Of a DNA stretch of 64,000 nt, positions 49,767 to 58,941 are shown piece after piece. Within the stretch, counting starts at the first letter, position 1; every line of letters starts with the position of its first letter. The position numbers and the translations under genes are program-made. Origin of the DNA: Bdellovibrionota bacterium (GTDB taxonomy: Bacteria > Bdellovibrionota_C > UBA2361 > SZUA-149 > CAZDWZ01); contig JAXLVP010000001.1 of the NCBI GenBank assembly GCA_046328905.1, forward strand, positions 3,175,541-3,239,540. The letters are read 5' to 3'. The notes under the pieces were generated by a model. The model saw nothing but the letters and a program-made list of their open reading frames with translations, was not told where the DNA came from and ran no database searches.

Positions 49767-50057
49767 TTGAACGTATTCGCGAGAGCTTTCGGGGAGCCAG
49801 CGCTTGGCGTATGGATAGCCGGTGGATTTGGGAAAGGCGAAGATGGGCAACGTGCGGATGATGGTGGTAGGACCGAGGAATTCGCGAATTCTTTGCACAA
49901 GCGCAGTCACTGCGCTCCGGTCTGCGACCTCGATCTCAAATTCATAATCCCAGCTTCCGATGCATTGAAAGAGACACAGTATCTCCGGCTTACTCAGAGC
50001 TCTCAGTCGTTCGCATCTCGGCAGATAATCGAAGCAAAGCGCCCGTGGGCGCTCTGC
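49767..50057 (-). pseudogene. possible remnant of a small alpha/beta-barrel protein lacking a start codon
   Basis: 97-codon stop-to-stop frame (..CIGSWDYEFEIEVADRSAVTALVQRIREFLGPTTIIRTLPIFAFPKSTGYPYAKRWLPESSREYVQ) with protein-like composition but no ATG/GTG/TTG until codon 49. Lies in a 570-bp gap with no convincing gene. Confidence 0.2.
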
Positions 50058-50067
50058 TTAATGTCGC

Positions 50068-50574
50068 TTATCGCTCGTCAGCAGTCGGCCCATATGCGCT
50101 GGGCACACTCAGGCCGAGCAATCGCAGGTAAACGCTCAACTGACCGCGGTGGTGATACCAGTGGTTGAGCATGATTGTCCGTAGAACTGCGACGCGAGGC
50201 GCCTCCCAGACTGAAACGCCGTCCTTCGTGAATTTGAACGTCTGATGCATCCGTTCATCAGACACGGTCGGAAGCACATCTCGAACTTTTTGCACGGTAT
50301 CTTCCAGGGTCGCGACAATATACGTAGCTGATTGTGGCTGCTCGAAGCGAGATAGGTCTGGGACCTCAGATGAATCTTTTGTCGTCATGAGGAGCACACC
50401 GGCGGGGACCTGAGCGACGTGCAACGCGACCTGTCCCGCGGTCATCGATTTTTCGGCCGGTTTCCAGCTGAGATGCTGATCTGAGAGCCGCTCAAGAAAC
50501 TTCTGCGTGGCAGGTATCTCGCCGTTGAATTCTGAAAGAAAGGCTGCGGCGAGCGTGTTTTGCGTGGTTGACAT
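50068..50574 (-). CDS. DinB/DUF664 family (four-helix bundle metal-binding) protein
   Basis: Size and conserved His pattern (LHVAQVPAG ... HWYHHRGQLSVYLRL) fit the DinB_2 family. Confidence 0.72.
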   Translation of the reverse strand: MSTTQNTLAAAFLSEFNGEIPATQKFLERLSDQHLSWKPAEKSMTAGQVALHVAQVPAGVLLMTTKDSSEVPDLSRFEQPQSATYIVATLEDTVQKVRDVLPTVSDERMHQTFKFTKDGVSVWEAPRVAVLRTIMLNHWYHHRGQLSVYLRLLGLSVPSAYGPTADER

Positions 50575-50586
50575 CGTTTTCTCCGG

Positions 50587-51021
50587 TTACTTCGCTTTTT
50601 TCTCTGCGGCGATCTGTATTTGCTCGAGCATTTGACCCCACCCGCCGGTTACGTCCTTTTCAAGGCCTTCGGCAATGAAGCCGAAAGCTTGATGTGAGAA
50701 CTTCAGCAGCGTGCCGCCGTCCTGCTCAGTGAGCCGATAGATGATATGCGAGGCTACCGGATAGGACATCATCGTCGGCCCGATGAGCTCGAGGAGCTTC
50801 GGCGGCTTGATTGATTGAACGATTCCCCAAAGATGGCCCGTGTTGTTTCCGAGATCACGAAACCACCGCCCGCCCGGCCACGGTTCGAGCTTCATGCTCA
50901 TCTCTTTCATCGGTCCGTGCGGTTCGAGAAGCGTCTCGAAAACAATTTCCGTCGGTGCGGCGATTGTCAGCTCTTTGAAGACCTTCAGGGTCTTGATTTC
51001 CGATAGCGCGTTGTCTGCCAT
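50587..51021 (-). CDS. SRPBCC (AHSA1/polyketide-cyclase-like) domain protein
   Basis: 144 aa with START/Bet v1-like organisation. It is the canonical partner of the adjacent ArsR regulator. Confidence 0.78.
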   Translation of the reverse strand: MADNALSEIKTLKVFKELTIAAPTEIVFETLLEPHGPMKEMSMKLEPWPGGRWFRDLGNNTGHLWGIVQSIKPPKLLELIGPTMMSYPVASHIIYRLTEQDGGTLLKFSHQAFGFIAEGLEKDVTGGWGQMLEQIQIAAEKKAK

Positions 51022-51025
51022 GGCA

Positions 51026-51379
51026 TTATTTTCCTTTTTCTCTATCTCTTACCTTTTTCTCTGCGGCGCTCTTGATTGCCGTGAGGTGATCCGTCCAGAA
51101 GACCTCAAACGTCTTCGCCCAATCGAACAGCGGCTTGAGGCCGGTGGCATCGACTGAGTAGAGCTGTTGCCTACCGTCCCTCTTCACATTCACGAGGCCG
51201 ACCTCTTTCAACACCGCGAGATGTTTCGATACCTGCGGTTGTGTCCAATCGAGCTTCTCGACAAGCGTATTCACGCTGAGCTGGCCACCGGCCAGCACGT
51301 TCAGAATGGCGCGGCGCTTCGGCTCGGCGACTGCGTTGAAGACGTCGAAGGTGGTAGCTGCACGAGCCATGACCTTCAT
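51026..51379 (-). CDS. ArsR/SmtB family transcriptional regulator
   Basis: HTH segment KRRAILNVLAGGQLSVNTLVEKLDWTQPQVSKHLAVLKEVGLV. Start at the internal ATG. Confidence 0.8.
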   Translation of the reverse strand: MKVMARAATTFDVFNAVAEPKRRAILNVLAGGQLSVNTLVEKLDWTQPQVSKHLAVLKEVGLVNVKRDGRQQLYSVDATGLKPLFDWAKTFEVFWTDHLTAIKSAAEKKVRDREKGK

Positions 51380-51796
51380 TATATGCCGATATAGGCATAT
51401 GTCAAGCGGCGCGCTATTTTGGAGGCTAAAACGTGAAAGGGTTGCGTGATGAAGCAACGATGGGCCGGCTCGAGGCTCACAGCCTTGAACCGCCCACGGC
51501 GTACCTCGAAGCTACGCAGCGATAGTTTGGAGAATTGAACGAGAGCTTGGGCGTTTCGGCGTCGGCTGGTTCTGCGAACAAATCCTTCGGACAGCGTGAG
51601 ATCGAACGCGCCTCGACCTGGAAACGGATCGGTTCTGGCGAAATGGGATTGAGCTTGCTTTTCTATGTCTGAGAAACCGGTGTCAAAGAGCACGTGAATG
51701 CGCCGAAACAGGTTCCGTCTATGTAGTTGTGCGGCGCAGATTGTTAGGCAGCCGCGTTTACTAACGACTGTTTACTCGAGGTTTTGATACATTTCT

Positions 51797-52078
51797 ATGA
51801 AAAAACTTATCTCGCTGTGCGCGCTGGCTGCGCTGTATGCGGGTCCCGTCCTTGCCGAATCCCCGGCCGTAAAAACAGACGCTGCAACGACACCTCCCAA
51901 AGCATCTGTTGAAAAAGCAAAAGAAGAAAACGCTGCAGATAAAAAGGTCGAAAAGAAAGAAGTCGATAAGAAGGAAGTTGCAGCAACCAGCGAAGAGTCG
52001 GCAGCGAAAGGTGCTGAACCGACGAAAGCGGCAGGCGAAAAGCCGGTCGAACACACTGAGCACAAAGAGACGAAATAA
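51797..52078 (+). CDS. small secreted Lys/Glu/Ala-rich protein
   Basis: Signal peptide MKKLISLCALAALYAGPVLA followed by a 70-aa low-complexity K/E/A/T-rich region. Followed by a strong terminator. Confidence 0.55.
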   Translation: MKKLISLCALAALYAGPVLAESPAVKTDAATTPPKASVEKAKEENAADKKVEKKEVDKKEVAATSEESAAKGAEPTKAAGEKPVEHTEHKETK

Positions 52079-52090
52079 TTTTTGATGCTC

Positions 52091-52125
52091 CGGCCCGGCA
52101 CGACTGATGCCGGGCCGTTTCGTTT
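52091..52125 (+). terminator. intrinsic terminator
   Basis: Perfect 10-bp GC-rich stem CGGCCCGGCA / TGCCGGGCCG with a 7-nt loop, followed by TTTCGTTT. Confidence 0.6.
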
Positions 52126-52438
52126 ACAATCCATTTCAGTTTCATGGGTTCCGGACGGCGATCTGCCGTTTATCGACACCCCATTCGCACTGTGAGACCG
52201 CGCCCGAAAAGCGCCACTCAGATGTCACATCCCTTCGTGGTCTCAAAGATTGCGAACATGAATGGTTTATTCAAGTAAGGGCCGAGAACGTCGAGAGGGC
52301 ATGCCGAGAGGCTAAACCAGCGCTTTGCAGAATGTCCGCTTCGCCCAAGATCCGAAAATCGCGAGTTCTTCGAGCGCAGAGCGGCATCTAAAATAGATAT
52401 GCCTCACCCAATCGATCGAAGGAGGTCATCTACGTTCT

Positions 52439-53662
52439 ATGGCAGCGCACATTGATCTTAACGAAGAGCGAAAGTTCTCACCAATCTCCGACGTTCAGAG
52501 TCGTTACAAGCTTCTCAACAACCTCGATCGAGTGCTTGGGTGGATTCAGACCGGTGACACTGTGCCGATTCTGATTAATCTCACCTTGACGAATCGCTGC
52601 ACGCACAAGTGCCCGATGTGCACGTCGAAAGACCTTCTCGACGACCGGACCGCCCCGCTCGAGAGAGTGAAGGAGATTATCACAGAGCTCAAATCCCTTG
52701 GTGTGAAAGCGTTTGGACTGGGTGGCGGCGGAGACCCGACGTGTCATCCTCATTTTGAGGAAGTGATCAGATTCATCGGCGAGCAGGGCATGGAAGTTGG
52801 CATCACGACCAACGGACAGCTTCTTACGCCGGGAATCATCGCTGCGGCGGTCGAGCACTGCACCTGGATGCGTGTCAGCCTCGATGCCGACTGTCCCGAG
52901 ACCTATCGAAAGGTTCACGGATTGGGACAGGCAGAGTTTGAGCAGGTGAAGCAAAACGTACGCGCTCTTGTCGCGGAAAAGAAGCGTCAGGGAAGCTCGG
53001 TAGCGCTGGGCGCGACCTATCTCCTCGGTCAGCACACATTAGACGGCGCTTATGGAGCAACTGCGCTCGCTCGGGAGCTCGGCGTAGACTATATGCGCCT
53101 GCGGCCGTTTTTTATCTGGCAAACAGGGAAGGGAAAAAAGGACGCTGAAACTCAGCTTGTTGAGCTGGAACGAAAGCGAACAGGGGGCCGCTCATTCGAT
53201 GAGAAACGTGCCGGCGGAGATGAATTCTTTGCCGGAGCGGCTGCGGAGCTCGAGCGCTGCAAGACTCTGGAGACAGATTCATTCTCCGTGTCGTTTCCTG
53301 AGGCGCGAGTGAATCGCAAGGAAGAGTTGAAAAAGCGGGTTCACCGCTGCTGCTCCGTTCATCACTTTACAGTAGTTATCGCCGCCGATCTGAATGTCTA
53401 TCCGTGCTGTATGTTGGAAGACACGCCGAAGTACGTGTTGGGCAATCTAAAGAACCAAAGCTTTCGAGAGATGTGGGAGTCTTCACAACGCCGCGACGCG
53501 TGCTCACGTATCGATTTTTCCGACTGTCCGAACCCGTGCATGCTCGAAAACCACAATGAGTTATTGTGGGAGCTTCGGGAAGGGCAGCTTCGCAGCGACA
53601 CGAAGCTTTCAGATATCCTCGATGCTACTCGGACCAAGATTCCGCACGCGAACTTTTTATAA
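52439..53662 (+). CDS. radical SAM protein with C-terminal SPASM domain (peptide/protein maturase-like)
   Basis: The CTHKCPMC motif (CxxxCxxC) follows an LINLTLTNRC beta-strand. A GGGGDP glycine-rich SAM motif is present. C-terminal Cys cluster CCSVHH..VYPCCMLED..GNL..SFREMWES..DACSRIDFSDCPNPC is typical of SPASM/twitch auxiliary Fe-S domains. RBS AAGGAGG. Confidence 0.85.
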   Translation: MAAHIDLNEERKFSPISDVQSRYKLLNNLDRVLGWIQTGDTVPILINLTLTNRCTHKCPMCTSKDLLDDRTAPLERVKEIITELKSLGVKAFGLGGGGDPTCHPHFEEVIRFIGEQGMEVGITTNGQLLTPGIIAAAVEHCTWMRVSLDADCPETYRKVHGLGQAEFEQVKQNVRALVAEKKRQGSSVALGATYLLGQHTLDGAYGATALARELGVDYMRLRPFFIWQTGKGKKDAETQLVELERKRTGGRSFDEKRAGGDEFFAGAAAELERCKTLETDSFSVSFPEARVNRKEELKKRVHRCCSVHHFTVVIAADLNVYPCCMLEDTPKYVLGNLKNQSFREMWESSQRRDACSRIDFSDCPNPCMLENHNELLWELREGQLRSDTKLSDILDATRTKIPHANFL

Positions 53663-53859
53663 GACGTCGAGCCGGGTCAATCCGACACGCGGCGCTCTGG
53701 CCGATGTGGCGATGATTACTCCGGCGCTTCCGTAAAACTCGGGGTTTCGTGAAACCTTCTTGTCAGGGAGCGACCTGAGGACATGGAGCGCAATCCCCGC
53801 GAATCAATACGCATGAGCAGTGCGGCGTTTACTTGATTAGGACCGCGTGTTATCGGCTT

Positions 53860-53897
53860 AAAAATGCGAGCGCGGTGCGACTCGCAAGCCGCACCGC
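53860..53897 (-). terminator. intrinsic terminator for AhpD-like gene
   Basis: GC-rich hairpin (GCGGTGCG...CGCACCGC / TGCGAG...CTCGCA) followed on the minus strand by a TTTTT run. Confidence 0.4.
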
Positions 53898-53911
53898 CTC
53901 TACCGAGGGCG

Positions 53912-54238
53912 TTAAGCCTTGTCGTAAGCGCGCATCGCCATCGTTCCGTGGACTGCGGCAGCGCTTGAGCGCAACGCGGCGGCAAGGAAGATTGCCTCTG
54001 TTACTTCTTGCTTGGTTGCACCGACCTCCTTCGCTGCGGCGGCGTGAACGTCAATGCAGTAAGGACACTGCGTCGTATGTGCTACTGCAATTGCTATCAA
54101 CTCGCGGTACTTTCGCGGAATTGCACCGTCTTCTCGGCCCACCAATTGGTCGAGGTTCCACCACGCGGAAAAGCCCTCGGGCGCCAGTTCTTTCATCTCC
54201 GCAAGTTGCTTGAGATCATTCTTGTCGTTGTAATACAT
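53912..54238 (-). CDS. carboxymuconolactone decarboxylase/AhpD-like family protein
   Basis: The HTTQCPYCIDVH motif (CxxC..H of AhpD-like core). Start at the internal ATG, with strong RBS AGGAGGAAGAGT-ATG. Confidence 0.8.
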   Translation of the reverse strand: MYYNDKNDLKQLAEMKELAPEGFSAWWNLDQLVGREDGAIPRKYRELIAIAVAHTTQCPYCIDVHAAAAKEVGATKQEVTEAIFLAAALRSSAAAVHGTMAMRAYDKA

Positions 54239-54368
54239 ACTCTTCCTCCTCATTCGGGACAGTTTTCGTCTCCCTCTCACTCTAGTCTCGGGTAGCTTGA
54301 ACTGCGAGAGCGTTGTATAGAGCCTACGTTCGGACTTATTGACGATTCGTTCAGGATGCGTGTGAGTT

Positions 54369-55328
54369 ATGGGCAAGCCTCAAAGCAATCCCGCCGAAGA
54401 TGCGCTCAGCGCATTCGTGTCCCAGCTCGGATTGCGTAGCAGCGTGCTCGGCCGAGTCGGTTTGGTCGCCCCGTGGGGTCTCCATATGTCGGCGTCCAAG
54501 GAGATGATGTTCCACGTCATCCTTCGCGGGGAGTGCTACTACCGCATATCGGGTCGGAGACAGCAGATGGCGAAGCTCGGAGCTGGAGACCTCGTCCTGT
54601 TTCCGCACGGGTCCGCACACGCTCTTGCGAGTGGACCTCGATGCAAGCTCGTTCCCTCCGCGCGTGTTTGTTACACGACAACCACGATTCACGGTGACCG
54701 ATTCCAGACGGGAGCGGGAAAGAAGACCGAGATGATCTGCGGAAGCTTTGCTATTCGCGGTCCGCACGCGGCGCTCCTCTCCGGCACACTTCCGCATGTA
54801 ATCAAATTCGACGGCGACGCGGCTGAGCGCGATCGATGGATTTGCTCAACTCTCGATTTGATCGCGCATGAGGTTTCGCGGCGTGCGGACGGTTCGGACC
54901 GACTTATCCAACAGCTTCTCGATGCGCTGTTCATACAGATTCTGCGGTCGTGTTCCAATTCGCTTGCAACGCGAAACCGGGGCGTCTTCGCGGCGCTGAA
55001 GGACCCTGCGATAATGAAGGTGTTGAGCCGAATAAGCGGCGATTACGCAAGACCTTGGACGATTGAGGATCTTGCGCGAGATGCAGGATTGTCGCGCACC
55101 GCGCTTGCTGTACGATTTCAGTCGCTCTTTGGAGAAGGCGTCGCTTCGTTCCTGAGGCATCAACGGATTTCAACGGCTCGTCGTCTGCTCGTTGGAAGCA
55201 AACTGTCGATCAAGGAGATCGCGCACAAGGTTGGCTTCACCAGTCCGGAGGTATTTATCCGCAACTTTGAGCGAGCAGAAGGAGTGTCGCCCAGACGTTT
55301 CCGCCTGAGCGCAGAGGATGGAAGTTGA
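54369..55328 (+). CDS. AraC family transcriptional regulator (cupin N-domain + HTH)
   Basis: C-terminal dual HTH (WTIEDLARDAGLSRTALAVRF ... IKEIAHKVGFTSPEVFIRNF). Divergent from the AhpD-like gene. Confidence 0.8.
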   Translation: MGKPQSNPAEDALSAFVSQLGLRSSVLGRVGLVAPWGLHMSASKEMMFHVILRGECYYRISGRRQQMAKLGAGDLVLFPHGSAHALASGPRCKLVPSARVCYTTTTIHGDRFQTGAGKKTEMICGSFAIRGPHAALLSGTLPHVIKFDGDAAERDRWICSTLDLIAHEVSRRADGSDRLIQQLLDALFIQILRSCSNSLATRNRGVFAALKDPAIMKVLSRISGDYARPWTIEDLARDAGLSRTALAVRFQSLFGEGVASFLRHQRISTARRLLVGSKLSIKEIAHKVGFTSPEVFIRNFERAEGVSPRRFRLSAEDGS

Positions 55329-55437
55329 TTCCAGACGATCTCTGGAAGAGACCCGAGTAGAGGGAGTCCTCACGCACGACGAACCGCGTTACGCTCGAAG
55401 TCCCGTCATGGCTCTCTGTCTGCCGCAGCTCTGTCCG

Positions 55438-55806
55438 CTACAGCTCCACAATCGTCTTGAATCCGGCGTAAGACATCCGTTTGACATCAAAGGGCATCTT
55501 CATCGTGAGCATTTTGCTCATCCACTTGTCATTCATCACGGCCGCGTTGACTTTGTCGCGGTGGGCTTTCGAACGATAGACGATCCATGAGAATATTACG
55601 GTATCTGTCTTCTTGAGCTTCGTGAGCTTGGGAAAGGGAACGCCCATCGGTGTTCCCATATCGTCGCCGACACATTCGTAATATTGAATCGCACCGTGGT
55701 CCATCCAGACTTTGCCGGCCGCTTTTGCGATGCGCCGGTATGAGGCCACTTGCTTCTTTGCGATGGGAATAACGAAGCCGTCAACGTATGCCATGACATT
55801 CTCCAA
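55438..55806 (-). CDS. DUF1428 (YbaA-like) family protein
   Basis: MAYVDGFVIPI... is the hallmark N-terminus of DUF1428. Roughly 120 aa. Confidence 0.68.
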   Translation of the reverse strand: MENVMAYVDGFVIPIAKKQVASYRRIAKAAGKVWMDHGAIQYYECVGDDMGTPMGVPFPKLTKLKKTDTVIFSWIVYRSKAHRDKVNAAVMNDKWMSKMLTMKMPFDVKRMSYAGFKTIVEL

Positions 55807-56153
55807 GAATGGTTGCCTGTATCAAGATAAATTTGTTTACACAGGTCGATGACGTTTCGAAAAGAGCAAAAGAGTACTGGTATTCCGCTGATGTGTTCCC
55901 AATTTGCTTCAGCGCGGGATTCTCGATATCCTCCATGCTCCCTCGCGTGCTCTTTGTCCCATCTCGCAATCTCTTCCAGTATCAACTTTTGTCCTCAATC
56001 ATCCGGCGACGTACGCGATGTTTGAGGAAGAACGGAATCAGGTTTTTGGGAAGCTTTGTTGCTTCAATCGCTCCTCGGAGAGCGATTGAAGCAGCCAAGC
56101 TTCGTAGGTTTGGCGAATGTCGATTCACTCTTTCACAGTGGGGTTCGACGACG

Positions 56154-56720
56154 ATGAGTGGGCTTTTGCAACGCGGTCTCTCCCTGGATGCGCCGGACGG
56201 CTACGTCAGATTCGCCCCGGGTCACGACCCGAGCTGGATCGGAGAAGTGTCGGCCACAGCGCCTGTCCACGGCCGGATTCGCCTTGACCCTCGATTCCAC
56301 GTCGGCGCGAGTGGCATCTCGCTTCGCGTCAACGCGCCCATCGGCACCGAACGCGACGACCCGGATCGCGATGCGATCGTGTTCCGGTCCAACCGCACGG
56401 GCGCCGTTGCCGGCAGTCTGGCGGTCGAGCTCAATCAGCCGGCTTCTGGGTTCACGTACGACGATCGAACCCAATCCGGCGTCGGCGACAAGGTCGTGAT
56501 CCTCGAACACGACCTCGGCGACCGGTGGCTCCGGGTCGAAGTGCGCGGTCGTGCGAACTTCAACGGGTGGACGCTCGTCATCCGTGGCGTCGAGCCCGGC
56601 CAGATCGAGCTTACCCGCGTTCAATGCGGAGTCCACGTGGTCGCCTCCGTGCAGCACGGGATGACGCCGCCGCCGTCGGTGCGCGAGCTCGTGGTTGTGA
56701 TCGAGGAGCGCCCTGACTGA
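56154..56720 (+). CDS. hypothetical protein in locally GC-elevated segment
   Basis: 188 aa from the first ATG. High-GC third positions on this strand. The competing antisense ORF is R/D-rich and looks less coding. Confidence 0.45.
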   Translation: MSGLLQRGLSLDAPDGYVRFAPGHDPSWIGEVSATAPVHGRIRLDPRFHVGASGISLRVNAPIGTERDDPDRDAIVFRSNRTGAVAGSLAVELNQPASGFTYDDRTQSGVGDKVVILEHDLGDRWLRVEVRGRANFNGWTLVIRGVEPGQIELTRVQCGVHVVASVQHGMTPPPSVRELVVVIEERPD

Positions 56721-56835
56721 TTCGCTCGGGCGGTTTCACGTGCCCGGGTGAGGGGAGACAAGTGCTCCCCTCACCGGCACGCAATGGAAAAGCCGTTCTT
56801 CCTCAATCTCGATTGGACGTCGCGCGGAGAGAAGC

Positions 56836-57312
56836 TCAGTGATTCTTCTTCATCTGTGCGAAGAATTCTTCGGCACCTTTCTTCATCTCGTCTTTCGACA
56901 GATCTTTCTGATGGGTGGATACCATCCAGGTGTATCCGAAGGGATCCACGAGGCTGCCGGCGCGATCGCCCCAGAACATGTCACCCATCGGCATCATGAC
57001 CTTTGCTCCCGCTTCGATAGCCTGATTGAACAGCGAGTCGGCATCTTCAACGTAAATGCAGAGAGTGATTGGAGTTGCGCCCAATGTTTCGGCGCTCTTG
57101 CAACTCTGCTCGGGCGGTTCGTCGCCCATCATAATCATCGAGTTGCCGATCTGCATTACCGCGTGCATGACGCCTTTGCCGTGAGGTGCATCAAATACAT
57201 TTAGTACCTTCGCTCCAAGTGCTTTACTGTAGAACTCGAGAGCACGTCGGGAGTCTTTGAATGTGAGGCTGGGAGTGACGGAATGGTAGCCGTCGGGAAT
57301 AGGTTTTGTCAT
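56836..57312 (-). CDS. VOC family (glyoxalase/bleomycin resistance/PhnB-like) protein
   Basis: Size and beta-alpha-beta-beta-beta pattern of VOC proteins. Internal ATG with RBS AAAGGAGA. Confidence 0.78.
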   Translation of the reverse strand: MTKPIPDGYHSVTPSLTFKDSRRALEFYSKALGAKVLNVFDAPHGKGVMHAVMQIGNSMIMMGDEPPEQSCKSAETLGATPITLCIYVEDADSLFNQAIEAGAKVMMPMGDMFWGDRAGSLVDPFGYTWMVSTHQKDLSKDEMKKGAEEFFAQMKKNH

Positions 57313-57619
57313 CTTCGGTCTCCTTTCATGTGAGCTTCGGAGATAGTATGTGCGTACGACTGGAGGCATGACTAAGCGCATACTCTGCAGTCGATGGGCG
57401 GCGATGAACAGGTTGGTTAAACGTCGGAGGTCACGTAGAACTGGTGCGCATGCTGCTCAGCCTTGGTCAGCCGAGACGAATGTACGCGAAATAACACGGA
57501 GCGGCGGTTCCCAAACCTTGGCCGGCTCCGTGGCTGTGCGTGTCCAAATGTGGCTACACACGCGCATTTCGAGCAGTGGCTGAACCTCCTTTCTCACTCA
57601 TCGTGCGGTGTTTCGCGCA

Positions 57620-58570
57620 TCATTGTTTTGATGCCTTCTCCGCAATCTCGAGCATGGCCAAATACAGCTCCTCCAGCACGGAGGTCGTTTGGCCATGGGC
57701 TTCGAGCATCGGCCACGGAAGGTTGATCGGCGGACGCCGGCCGGACTTCCCGCGCACTTCGATAGCGCGGTCCATCTCGCGATCCGCGGTGTCGAGCACC
57801 GATTGTTTGAGCCGAACCGCCTGGGTGCCGTCGAGCTCGACGACCTCGAAGCAATCCGGATCGCGGAAACCCCACGGACTGTGCCGCGCACCGAGGATGG
57901 CTTCGATCACGCCTTCGTTGCGAGCCGGGGAGGAGATGGTTGCACCGCCGCCGGTCGTCATGAAAACGAGGACCTCCGCGTGCTCGCCCAGAAGGCCGAG
58001 CAGCTTGATGAGCGGGATCGACTGGCGTGCGATCTCGAACGGAGACCCACTGGGGGCTGCGTTCTCCGCGACGGACACGACGAGCACAACCAGCTCAGCG
58101 AGGAGCGCGAACCGAAGCCGAAGCTCGTGGGCAATGAAGTCGCCGAGGTATGCGTCCCCCAGCAGCCAGCTGATGGCTTGGTTGATCCCCTTGTAGCGCT
58201 CCGGACTCTGCTGCGTTGCCACGCGAATGCCCGCGCGCATGGTTTGGAACCACGCATCGCCGAGTGCGTTTTTGAAGGCTTGTGTGTTGCGTGGCCCCGC
58301 GAGGGCGGTCATCGTCCGCGTCGTGGGGAAGCCGATGCGCTTGGGATCGTCCACAGTGCGGAGCCCGAACAGCTCGGGGCGATCACGTCGCCATGGTCCG
58401 ACCGACGACCACGCCTCCTCGTACAACTGCACGAGGTAGCGGTGGACGTCGGCGGCGTAATAGTCCACGGTGCGCTCCGGAATCCGAGAGAGATCTGGAG
58501 CGTTCTTCCCATCGCGTGGGCAGTGGCCGAACTTGCCGACCAGCCGCTGAAACAAGTCTTCATGGAACAT
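57620..58570 (-). CDS. hypothetical protein (possible EreA/ChaN/TraB-superfamily-like, unconfirmed)
   Basis: 316 aa from the internal ATG. Protein-like composition, whereas the antisense 370-aa ORF is R-rich. GC-elevated segment. Confidence 0.5.
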   Translation of the reverse strand: MFHEDLFQRLVGKFGHCPRDGKNAPDLSRIPERTVDYYAADVHRYLVQLYEEAWSSVGPWRRDRPELFGLRTVDDPKRIGFPTTRTMTALAGPRNTQAFKNALGDAWFQTMRAGIRVATQQSPERYKGINQAISWLLGDAYLGDFIAHELRLRFALLAELVVLVVSVAENAAPSGSPFEIARQSIPLIKLLGLLGEHAEVLVFMTTGGGATISSPARNEGVIEAILGARHSPWGFRDPDCFEVVELDGTQAVRLKQSVLDTADREMDRAIEVRGKSGRRPPINLPWPMLEAHGQTTSVLEELYLAMLEIAEKASKQ

Positions 58571-58941
58571 TGGTGTGTCCCTAACCTGGGGAACCGACAC
58601 ATTCCGCGAAGAGAGCGCGAGGCACGTAACGCAGCTTGTGCAGGATTGCGGGAGAACTTCGAAGGGGAGAGAGCGCCAAACAGGGTGAGCGCGCATTTTA
58701 GCGTAAAATTGGAGGGAAATCCAAATCGAGCCTCGGGCTGTCTGGCTACTCAGCTGATACGATTGGAACCCCAGTCCGGCGGGTTAGAGGTAGTGGGGTA
58801 GGAGGGGCTGCATGTAAGCGCTAACCTGCTGTTAGATTCGACTCCGCTTCCACAGACCGCCATGTCAGACCGATATCGGGACGAAGTGCTTGACCTTTTT
58901 AGCTAAAGTTCTGCGCCAAAGTCTAATGAGTGCGCGTGCTC

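Noticed and set aside
49551-50168. 205-aa plus-strand ORF
   Set aside because: Low-complexity R/S/A-rich product that overlaps the well-supported dinB-family gene by 100 nt. Likely non-coding.
52107-52391. 94-aa Cys-containing ORF as radical SAM precursor
   Set aside because: Its ATG lies inside the 3' arm of the upstream terminator stem and it has no RBS. Retained only as a weak candidate in the rSAM finding.
57689-58801. 370-aa plus-strand ORF
   Set aside because: Overlaps the more protein-like minus-strand frame (57620-58570). Arg/Glu/Pro-rich composition and no RBS.
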